In this document: positions 13,488-23,700 of the stretch, piece after piece
How the letters are laid out: each line of letters starts with the position of its first letter
Position numbering within the stretch: position 1 is the stretch's first letter
Source: Azolla caroliniana
Taxonomy: Eukaryota > Plantae > Polypodiophyta
DNA: 64,000 nt
Direction: 5' to 3'
Assembly (NCBI GenBank): GCA_043228905.1
Contig: JBHGNT010000005.1
Coordinates: 14,632,001-14,696,000 of the forward strand
Notes under the pieces: model-generated
The model's database searches: none
Told to the model about the DNA's origin: nothing
Seen by the model: only the letters and a program-made list of their open reading frames with translations
Made by a program: the position numbers and the translations under genes

Positions 13488-13929
13488 ACACGGCATTGAC
13501 TACGATGAGACGTTCGCGTCGGTCGCAAAGATGACGACCGTCCGTGTTTTGCTCACGGTAGCCGCGGCCAAGGGGTGGCACCTACATCAGATGGATGTAA
13601 AGAATGTGTTCCTCCAAGGTGAGTTTGAGGACCAAGTGTACATGGTACAACCCCCCGGATTTCACTCCGGAACAAACACGTCGGCAGTATGCCGATTGAA
13701 GAAGTCCCTTTACGGATTGAAGCCAAACCCGCGTGCCTGGAATGCGAAAATCACGCATCGGCTGCGTCGGATGGGCTTTGCGACGTCAAAATCGGACTCC
13801 TAGTTGTTCATTCGGAAAGGTCGACTCGGGCCGGTCAGTATTTTACTCTATGTTGATGACTTGGTCATCACCGGCGTCAACCTAGGTGAAATCAACCGCA
13901 TGAAGCTCCAGCTTGCGGCATCGTTCGAC
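13488..13929 (+). repeat. Copy 2 of the 442-bp duplication
   Basis: Starts immediately after the G1 3' LTR end TTAACA and continues seamlessly into the rest of A1 RT (MKDLGDLHYFLGIEV). Confidence 0.9.
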
Positions 13930-15129
13930 ATGAAGGATCTGGGGGACCTTCATTACTTCCTCGGGATCGAAGTGATCCGCACCCTCGAAGGCATACTAAT
14001 CAACCAACGTCATTACGCGCTGAATATGCTCTTCAAATTCGGGATGGCAGACTGTAAGTCCGTCTCGACTCCTCTGGATAGAACTGTCAAGCTTCACCCC
14101 AATTCCGACAAGGTTTGCGATCCAAAAAGATTCCGACAAATTGTCAGAAGCCTCATCTACTTGACAATCACCCGACCGGATCTCAGTTATCCGGTCGGGG
14201 TGATCAGTAAGTTCATGGCGTGACCTACCCAGGAGCACCTTTAGTGTGTGCAACGCGTACTGCGGTACGTAAGCGGCACTAAGGACCAGGGACTGCTATA
14301 TCGGACCGATACAGCCCCGCAGTTGGTCGGCTACACCGATGCCGACTGGGTCGGCAATGTCGCCGATCGCCGATCCACGTCCGGATACGCGTTCTCTCTT
14401 GGGAGTGCCGCGATAGCGTTGTCGTGCCTTTCGGCTCCGGATCGTTGCGTGAGTCGGGTGGGAACCGCCGAGGTTTTGGACTAGGAGAAAGAAGAATATG
14501 AGATGAGGCTAGTAATAAATAGATTATTAGAAAGAGATATAGAAACTTGTGAATCCCACAAGTATAATTGTTTTAGTTTATCTAAATCGTAGTAATAAAT
14601 TGAAATAATTTAGAATAGATTAGAGTAGATTGAGAAAAGAGATCAAACCTTGTGAATCCCACAAGTATTACATTAATCAATATTTATGTAAGAATATGAA
14701 TTTAGATTGAAAGAAAGATATAAGAAACTTGTGAATCCCACAAGTATAGATTATATTATTTTCGTGAATCCCACGATTATATTAATCGGTTGGTGTTTTC
14801 GGAAATATATCCAATTTCCAAATATTTCACACGCCTATTACATTGTGCTCCCCATCCTTATGTAGTGATGGGAGAGACTAAGCATAGCTACATGCTTTTT
14901 TTCTAATATGTTCATGCACACTAAATATGCATGTGATGCTTTTCTAATCCTTGCTTTTATTTGCTAAATATAGTGCTCATGCACGCTAGATGTGCACGAG
15001 TCACTTTTTAGTTGCTTGCGTTTTTCTATAAAATATTCACGCACTCTAAAAATGCATGATTTACCTTTTAATAAAGGTAGGCGCAAATAAAGCACTTATA
15101 GTTATTAAATCTATTTATAGAACACTAAA

Positions 15130-15199
15130 GATAAGGTAGCATAATGGTAAAGTTGATATTTGGCTACGTGGAGGTACAAGGTTCAATTCTTGCCCTATG
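15130..15199 (+). promoter_or_regulatory. tRNA-like A-box/B-box module in the gag-only element LTR (second copy 18053..18122)
   Basis: TAGCATAATGG ... GGTTCAATTCT with tRNA-like spacing, CAAG/CTTG stem and a downstream T-run. Confidence 0.5.
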
Positions 15200-15291
15200 C
15201 ACGTGATAAATATCTTGATATTCTTATTTTATTTATTGGTGATAAATATCTTGATATTCTTATTTTATTTATTTATATGTAATTAAATCGG

Positions 15292-17304
15292 TTATATTAT
15301 TTTTACTTTTTCACGTAGTGTACGAAATACACTACGACACTCGCCCCCTCCGAACCCGCACATCCTCCGGTATGTGCCGAAGTTGCCGATGCTCGTTGTC
15401 TCCCCTTCATCCTCCGTTTGTCCCGCTATGTCAACTTTGTCTCTCCATTTTGAGTAGACCCATTCTTTCCACCCGAACCATTGTCGCCATCCGATCCACC
15501 ATATTCTTTGTTCTCTCTCGTCATATTCTTGGCCCTTGTCATTCGTGGTAGTGTCTTTTACTGGCCTCTTTCTTGTCTTCATCAACCTTGACTTTTTTCC
15601 GGATCGCTCTCGTCCGATCGACTTTCGGTTTGATCGGCTTCCGATCGGATTCGTATTCGGCCGAATCGGAATCGGTTGTTCGGTTTCGATTGAGTCGGTC
15701 CCCTTCCGGCCCGGTTTCGATCTATCGGTTTTGGTTTCGGTTGGCTTTCTTTTCCTCGTTTTCACCAGCCTCGACCGGTCCAACCTTCGGTTGAGTCGGA
15801 TTAGCTTCTTTCCGGATCGATCTCGTCCGATTGGCTTTCGGCTAGGTCGGCTTCCATCCATATTCGCGTTCGGCCAAGTCAGACTCGGTCGATCGGTTTT
15901 GACTGAGTTGACCCCTTTTCGGGTCGGCTTTCTTTCGGGTCGTCTTTCGGACGAATCCTCATTCGCCCGGTTCGGCTTTCGTTTGTATCGTCTTTCGGTC
16001 AAATCCTCTTTTACCCGGTTCGGCTTTCTTTCGGATCGGAATCCCGTCCGGATCACCTTCCATCCAAACCGGCTTCCAACTTTACCTTTCTTGCTGCCAC
16101 CTCCCGTCTCTCCGGTCTCACGTTGCTTCTCAGACACAACCGCCGAAGTCTCTAGGATTAGTGGGTAGGAATCCTCGGTATTATCATCCTCCATTGTTTC
16201 ACCCATAGCCATATTCTCGGCTATCTCTCCGTCATACACATCGACTTCGACCTTTGTTTTCTCTCCGCCACCTTCCGTCTCTTCGGTCTCACGTTGCCTT
16301 TCGAACGCAACTGCCGGAGTCTCTGGAATCAATGGTGGGGAAGTCTCGATATGACCATCCTCTATTGATTCGTCCATAGCCACCTTCGATTCGATGTCAT
16401 CTTTCGTGGCGACCTCCTCAATCAAGTCCTCTTTGCTCTCTTTCACTGCATCAATTATGCTTACCCCTTTTTCACCCGATGTTTCAATCACTTGTATTCT
16501 GAAATCTTCTTCTACACTTGGGTTATCGGCCTTATCCTTCGTCGTTGTTCTTTCGCAAGACAAGAGGGTAGCTTGTTTTACACCCTCTTCCGTCGCACCA
16601 TCATGTTGTATTTCGGCCTTCATATCGGCTCCATCGTTTGTCTTCAATCGACCATCCTTCATCGGCCATGTCGTTGACAAGATTCTCATCTTCCTCTCAT
16701 CATGTCTCCGGCATACCCTTTGGACTTCGGCCCAATCTTCGGTAAGACCATTCGTACCGTCATCGTCTTCAAGTTCAATCCCGATGTCCTTCCTTTCTTT
16801 TCGATCGATCGATTTTACGAACATTAGGACTTTATCCTCCCCCACCAATCGTTGTTCCCGCTCCGAGAGTCGAGCAAAACGATGCTCGAACTCTAGCAAT
16901 GCTTGTGTTGCACTTTGGTGGGTCTTCTCCGATGCCACCCATTCGTCGAATTTTCGCCGATCTTGTCCCTTTGATCTCTTGTAATCATATGCCTCTCGTA
17001 AAGCTTCTTCGAATGACCCCCATGTCGAGTTTTGTTGCCATATCTTGTGGATTCTCTCTTGTAGCTCATCCGTGGCCACCCGATTGAAGGATGTCACTTG
17101 CAATCCTTCCGGTATCCCACATCGTATCATCTCCGCCTTGTAGTCACGTAGATAGCGTGACACATCGTTTCCGTTGAATTGTCCGTTTCGTTGTACGAGC
17201 CGCTTTACTGCCCCCGTGATCTCCGACATCACTCGTTGTTCTTGTAGCATCCGCTCGAACATCATCATCATCGTTATGCTCATTGCCTCTTGTTGATTCT
17301 CCAT
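15292..17304 (-). CDS. Intact Gag-like protein (~670 aa) with acidic repeats, Arg/Lys-rich repeats and a Trp-rich C-terminus; no pol domains
   Basis: ORF 15292..17325, first ATG at 17304. N-terminus resembles a gypsy capsid (FNGNDVSRYLRDY...WGSFEEALREAY); no CCHC, protease, YxDD or integrase motifs; stop lies inside the 3' LTR. Confidence 0.8.
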   Translation of the reverse strand: MENQQEAMSITMMMMFERMLQEQRVMSEITGAVKRLVQRNGQFNGNDVSRYLRDYKAEMIRCGIPEGLQVTSFNRVATDELQERIHKIWQQNSTWGSFEEALREAYDYKRSKGQDRRKFDEWVASEKTHQSATQALLEFEHRFARLSEREQRLVGEDKVLMFVKSIDRKERKDIGIELEDDDGTNGLTEDWAEVQRVCRRHDERKMRILSTTWPMKDGRLKTNDGADMKAEIQHDGATEEGVKQATLLSCERTTTKDKADNPSVEEDFRIQVIETSGEKGVSIIDAVKESKEDLIEEVATKDDIESKVAMDESIEDGHIETSPPLIPETPAVAFERQRETEETEGGGEKTKVEVDVYDGEIAENMAMGETMEDDNTEDSYPLILETSAVVSEKQRETGETGGGSKKGKVGSRFGWKVIRTGFRSERKPNRVKEDLTERRYKRKPNRANEDSSERRPERKPTRKGVNSVKTDRPSLTWPNANMDGSRPSRKPIGRDRSGKKLIRLNRRLDRSRLVKTRKRKPTETKTDRSKPGRKGTDSIETEQPIPIRPNTNPIGSRSNRKSIGRERSGKKSRLMKTRKRPVKDTTTNDKGQEYDEREQRIWWIGWRQWFGWKEWVYSKWRDKVDIAGQTEDEGETTSIGNFGTYRRMCGFGGGECRSVFRTLREKVKII

Positions 17305-17320
17305 CTCCTTGCCACCCGTC

Positions 17321-17338
17321 TTCACGTCGGGTTCACCA
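17321..17338 (-). promoter_or_regulatory. Primer binding site complementary to the tRNA-Trp 3' end
   Basis: Plus strand TTCACGTCGGGTTCACCA matches the 3' 18 nt of plant cytosolic tRNA-Trp(CCA) as recalled; 4 nt from the 5' LTR. Confidence 0.85.
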
Positions 17339-20300
17339 ACTGTGTCGTGCCTTTCGGCTCCGGATCGTTGCGTGAGTCGGGTGGGAACCGCCGAGGTTTT
17401 GGACTAGGAGAAAGAAGAATATGAGATGAGGCTAGTAATAAATAGATTATTAGAAAGAGATATAGAAACTTGTGAATCCCACAAGTATAATTGTTTTAGT
17501 TTATCTAAATCGTAGTAATAAATTGAAATAATTTAGAATAGATTAGAGTAGATTGAGAAAAGAGATCAAACCTTGTGAATCCCACAAGTATTACATTAAT
17601 CAATATTTATGTAAGAATATGAATTTAGATTGAAAGAAAGATATAAGAAACTTGTGAATCCCACAAGTATAGATTATATTATTTTCGTGAATCCCACGAT
17701 TATATTAATCGGTTGGTGTTTTCGGAAATATATCCAATTTCCAAATATTTCACACGCCTATTACATTGTGCTCCCCATCCTTATGTAGTGATGGGAGAGA
17801 CTAAGCATAGCTACATGCTTTTTTTCTAATATGTTCATGCACACTAAATATGCATGTGATGCTTTTCTAATCCTTGCTTTTATTTGCTAAATATAGTGCT
17901 CATGCACGCTAGATGTGCACGAGTCACTTTTTAGTTGCTTGCGTTTTTCTATAAAATATTCACGCACTCTAAAAATGCATGATTTACCTTTTAATAAAGG
18001 TAGGCGCAAATAAAGCACTTATAGTTATTAAATCTATTTATAAAACACTAAAGATAAGGTAGCATAATGGTAAAGTTGATATTTGGCTACGTGGAGGTAC
18101 AAGGTTCAAATCTTGCCCTATGCACGTGATAAATATCTTGATATTCTTATTTTATTTATTGGTGATAAATATCTTGATATTCTTATTTTATTTATTTATA
18201 TGTAATTAAATCGGTTATATTATTTTTACTTTTTCACGTAGTGTACGAAATACACTACGACAGCGTGGAGTAGCAAGAAGCAGCCGACAGTTGCACTGTC
18301 GAGCACTGAAGCCGAGTATAGAGGAGCGCCTGTCGCAACATGCGAAGCCATATGGTTGAAGCGGCTACTTAAGGATCTGCAGGTGGAGGTGTCCGATCCA
18401 ACGACGATCTACTGCGACAACCTCAGCAGCATCCAACTCGTGAAGAACCCCATCTTCCACGCACGGACCAAGCACATTAAGGTGCACTACCATTTTGTCC
18501 GTGAGCGTGTCCTTTCTGGTGAAGTCGAACTTCAATATGTTCTGACGCATCGGTAGACCGCCGACATCTTCACCAAGCCTCTTGGTCTGGACAAGTTGCG
18601 GCAATTTTCGGTTGCGCTTGAGTTGCGTCATCTCGACGTGCCGAACTTGAAGGGGAGAAACATCCCAGATGACCACGAAAGGGAGCAGGAAAGGAGCGGA
18701 AAAGACCTCGGATCGGCTGAAGAAGCCGAGAGCGGATCCGCGGAAGAGTCCGAAAGCGGACACAAGGGGAGTAGCCGAAAGAAAGAGCCAAAGCCAACCA
18801 GGCATGGGGGAGATAACGCCGTCAAGGGTGAGAAGACTGAAGACGAGTTGGAGATAGCCAACTCGGACGAGAGCGAAAACCTATCGGAGGTACCCGAGTC
18901 GGTTCGGATGTTTGATTCAGATACACTGAATCAACTGAGGGCCAAGCGGAAAAGAAGGCAGCAGGAGAAGCGCCAACGCCGCGACAGCAAGGTAGCTGTG
19001 AAGAGCCATGGGAGTGGACATGCTGACCAGAAGGGTCAAAGCGCATGGAGTCGAACAGGCCGAGGAGCGCGAGCGAGGCGTGGAGCCAGGAGAAGCTGGA
19101 GCGTAGGTCCGGTAGAGCAAGCGAAACCTCAAGTTGAGCTTGAGGGGGAGTGTTGAGAGACAAGCTCAACATTTGTGCGTAATACGATGTGTAACCAGTG
19201 TGTAGACTGGGTGCATAAAACCGGTACGCAGACCGGTGCGTAGAAAGCCCGTATCGGTGCGTAGACCGAAAGGCCGTTAGAAATATATTCCTCGTAAGGA
19301 ATAGTTTTGGGAGTAAGTGTCGAGGCTCATTTATGAGCAGTCAAGTACTGTCAGTACTTGTGTCAGCCCATTGTCAGGGCTTGTATAAAAGTGCTCACTG
19401 AGCACATCCTATATACAGATTCAGTATTATTTTCAAATTAAGTTCTTGTGTTACTCTCTCTCTGTCTCTCCCGTGTGTACTATGCAAACCTAAGCTTTCC
19501 ATTAAACCTGTGTTTTTTGTTGTTCAGTTTTCCTATATTGCTTCCGCACGCCATTCTTTTCACATCCGCTCTTTTGGATCTTCGCTCCGGCTTCTCCTGC
19601 CTTTACGGCTCGCTCGCGTTCCCCGAGCCATTAGATTTCGCGCGCGTCAACCCTTTCGGTCAGCTTGTCTGCTCGTGTGGCCCTTCTCAGATCCCTTGTT
19701 GTCGTTGTATTGGCGCCACTTCCGCTGCCTTTTCCTCTGCTCAGCCCTTAGTTGATTCAGCATGTCCGAATCGAACATTTCGATTGAATCAGTTACTATT
19801 GACTCATTTCCGCTCACGTCCGAATTGGCTGTCTCCAATTCGTCCTTGGTCTTCAGGCACTTGACAACGTCAGACCACGTCTTGGTCTTGGCCTTTACGT
19901 CCTTCTTGGTTGTATCTCCCCCTTGTCCGGCTATCTTTGGCTCTTTCTTGCGATTACGGCCCTTGTTTCCTCCTTCGGCTTCTTTAGCCGACCTGAAATC
20001 GAATTCTTCATCCGATTCGGCATCGCGATCACTACCGCTCCTTTCATGTTCATGCTCTTGTTGTCTCCCCCTCAAGTTCCGCATGTCGAGGTGATGCAAA
20101 CCCAACTCACCCAAGAAATGCCACAACTTGTCGAGACCAAGGGGCTTGGTGAAGATGTGGGCAATCTGCCGAACATACGCTACTTCGACTTCACCAGAAA
20201 GGACACGTTCGTGGACAAAATGGTAGTGCATCTCAATGTGCTTGGTCCGAGCGTGGAATACAGGACTTTTTGCAAGGTGGATACTGTTGAGGTTGTCGCA

Positions 20301-20752
20301 ATAGATCATCATCAGATCAGACACCCCTACATGCAGATCCCATAATAGATGTTTCAGCCAAATGACTTCGCACATAGCGATAGTCGCCCCTCGATATTCG
20401 GCCTCCGTGCTCAACAGTGCCATTGTTAAATGCTTCTTACTGCTCCACACGATCGTCGCATTTCCTATTGAGAATGCGTATGCGCATGTGGATCTACGAT
20501 CATTGGCATTTCTGGCCCAATCGGCATTCGTGTAGCCAACTAACTATTCGGCTACGCCTGCCCGATAAAGCAATGCCATGTCCTTAGTGGCACTAACATA
20601 TTGTAATATCCTTTGCGTGCACTGAAAGATTTCGGCCGTGGGCTGCGACATAAATTGACCGATCAAGCTGATCGGGTAACTGAGATCCGGCCGAGTGATT
20701 GTCAATTAGATTAGGCTTCCAACAATCGGTCGGAACCGTGTCGGGTCCCATG

Positions 20753-23700
20753 TGTTACGGGCATGACCATATAATATCCCGTGGTGAGAATTTACCGTAG
20801 TATTCTATACACGTGGATAACTGTGAGGGTTAAACGAGAGTGTAAAGAAGGGGAGGATTACTTTTAAATCCTCGGGATTGAGACAACCCATTAGGCCAAG
20901 TGTGAACATGGCTGGGGTCCTTGGGTATCGCTATAAATAGAGGCCTAGCTACCCTCATTTGATTATCTTGTTGACTACGTCGAGACTCTGTCTTGTGGTG
21001 GGTCAACTCTTGTAGCGAGCGCGCCAGCACCAGGTACGACTCGACGCCACGGCGGTGGTATGGGACGTCGATCGAGGCTCGAGTCCGTCTCGATCCCTTC
21101 GTTCGGGGGTGGTCGGGTGGATCGGCACCCTTCTTTCTCTCTCTCCTTTCTTTCTATCTACCTAGATTTATCCTTATCTAATGCTTACTTTAGTACATGT
21201 CTCTAATATTAGGTATCCGAGCCTATGTACTAATCTTTCTTTTGTTGTTCTTATCTTCTCGATGGATGGCGATCGATCGTTGTGCGGTTGGCCTTCATGC
21301 AGACAAGGATCAACAAGGAACTTCGGTAATCTTTCTTGTTATTTTTTGTCTATTTTTTCTTCTCCCACCTAATCATGTGTATGGTTAATATGTAGATTAT
21401 TTTCATTAATTAAATGATGTTCTAGTCGTATTTAATTGGTTATCTAAAATGCTTACATATGTGCACAAGGTCAATACCTCGTTTGACATATAAATAATAT
21501 GTGATGAGTGTTGTATGCGTACGAGGTATTAACCTCAATTACGTATTACGTTCACGAACATATGTTACGTTTGTGTATGAGGTCAACACCTCGATTTTGT
21601 TGTAAATGATATGCGTTTGGTCTCGTATGCGTAAGAGGTCAATAACTCAATCGCGTATTACGTTGAACCCTTATTTTTGGATGTCTTGTGTGCGTAGAGG
21701 TATATGCCTCGATTACGTATCTTGATTACATCATTTTTGGCTATTAAATATAACGATTTCTTTAATATAGGCATATGTGGCCACGTGTATACGTAGTTGA
21801 TCGTATATATGTGATAATATACATATGTGTATATAAGTTATTACGTGATTTTAAATCGAATGTTTTCCTTTTTGGGGAAAGGTTCTTGGTGGCCGTCCTC
21901 ACATTTTTGTGAGAATCGTGTTGTCACCATCCCTTTTTTCAACAAATTTTTATTGTTGAAATCCCCGTTCGTGACTTCGATATTTTGTTACGTAAAGAAA
22001 TGCCAATAGCCATAATGATGTTGAGTACGTAGGGTTTGACCCACTTCATATGAGGTCGCTCGTATGACACACCTATCCAACATCCATCCCTCATTACATG
22101 GATACGATGCCACCATGAGATCATTATTACGAAAGGCATTCATATTGACGTGACCATGTGATGGGCCACGTGGGCCTATTACGAAAAGAGGGCTCATTTG
22201 GCTTGACCATTAGGTTGCACTTTGGCGTATGCCATCGTAATTACGAGACTTGAGGTTAGGTAATGCACCAACATAGTTGTTGTAGATGAGGGCGAAATAA
22301 GGACTCTTGACATATATGTTTCTTTTAAAAAAACATATATGGGCAAATGCCTCGCATATCTCTTATACACATGAAACATTAAACATTCAAGAAGAGCAAC
22401 CTACTTGGTTGGCTCAAGTGTTTAATGCATTTGTTCTAGAGGTCTCGAGTTCAAATATGACCAAGACTATACAACATCGTTGATACATATGATTATAACA
22501 CATGTTTATACTTGAGGTCTAAGTGCAGTTCGGGGTCCTCGTAATAGGACTTAAAGAGCCGAAACCACATATGTGGGCACAGAAACATAGTTTATTGTTA
22601 ACATTTTTTTCATGTATAAACTATTCATGACGCGAACATACATGGTTCAACCTCGGGGAGCCACCATGAAAAAATCGATATAGAGATCAGGGAAAGACAT
22701 TTATTTGTCACCCCTTTGTGTTACCATAGTAACCTGATCTTGAACCTCATCTCATACGTCTAGAGGGGCATTGACGTGAGATCATGATATCGATTAATGT
22801 TTGCCCATGATATGTTTACATCATGACATGATGTTATGACTATCTCTTTGACCTTATCCTATTTCTTTTCCAGAAATAATCGTTTATTGGCTCAAAATAA
22901 TAACTCGATGTCATCCGCTCAAGCGGACGGAACTCAAGGGAATCCTCCTGGACAAATGTCCATTGAGATGTATTTTTCGCAAATAACCCAATACCTTAGT
23001 TTCACCACTCAACAGATGACCGAACTTCGGCAATCTCAAAGTGCTCTCGAGGCACGTGTCATTAGTCTACAACGTGAGACTAATAGACCTGATGAGTGAC
23101 AGGGTGAACCATCGTTTGTCGTTAAGCCATTTAAGGGAGACAAAAAGGAAAGAACCGAAGAAGCAATCTGCACGTGGCTAGGCCAATGGGAGTCTCATTT
23201 TGAGCTCTATCCCACGCCAGATAGTACAAAGATTGCATATGTCGGCCGAGAACTAGGGGGTAAGGCCACCGCCTAGTGGCGTGGGCTCCGTACTTTGGGA
23301 AAATTGCCCGATACCTGGACAGATTTTGTCACAGTTTTCAAGGGCCAATTTCTGCAACCTCCCTCTCGAACCAAGGCAACACAAGCTTTAATGAACCTCT
23401 CTAGTCGGAAATTTTCCTCGCTAGAAGACTATGTCCACCATGCTAGAACCCAAATCCAAAAATCGGATCTAGAAGGGGACAACTGGTTAATAGTTTGTTT
23501 TGTCAATGGCATCCCCAATTCGAACTATCACTGGATAGTGCACGATAAGGATCCAAAATCTTTCGAAGAGGCCGTTGAAATAGTTCTTCGTTATCAATGC
23601 ACTTCGAAGAAGGACCACAATAAACCCAACGAAGCGTCCGGGACTAAGCAGTACAATTCGCTGGGAAACGAAAGACACCCAACAAATTCATGGATCACGA

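Larger units (their letters stand above)
14420..18262 (-). mobile_element. Young gag-only LTR element (TR-GAG-like), 4-bp TSD GCGT, tRNA-Trp PBS
   Basis: 920-bp LTRs 14420..15339 and 17343..18262 (TGTCG...CGACA; about 2 differences seen); PPT (reverse) 15340-15356; GCGT at 14416-14419 and 18263-18266; removal restores A1 RNase H (AIAWSSKKQ). Confidence 0.93.
5101..19156 (+). pseudogene. gag-pol of Copia A1 (gag, CCHC, PR, INT, RT, RNase H, C-terminal tail), interrupted by two insertions and several stops
   Basis: MASSLPTKKLDRTNYASWSYKM, CWYCGKKGHRESEC, WYVDSGASNHM, HSDVWG, YKARLVAKGY, LLYVDD, YCDNLSSI. Confidence 0.9.
4593..19562 (+). mobile_element. Full-length Copia element A1 (inactivated), TSD CATCC
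   Basis: LTRs 4593..5006 and 19151..19562; PBS TGGTATCAGAGC 5007-5018; PPT GAGCTTGAGGGGGAG before 19151; CATCC at 4588-4592 and 19563-19567. Confidence 0.95.

Noticed and set aside
14545-14776. Palindromic repeats with spacers, superficially CRISPR-like
   Set aside because: Irregular spacing, related spacers, location inside a eukaryotic LTR, and no cas genes.
15130-15199. Functional tRNA gene
   Set aside because: Anticodon and D stems are not well formed; kept only as a tRNA-like promoter module.
15536-16984. Plus-strand 210-aa and 196-aa ORFs in the gag-only element
   Set aside because: Antisense shadows of low-complexity coding sequence.
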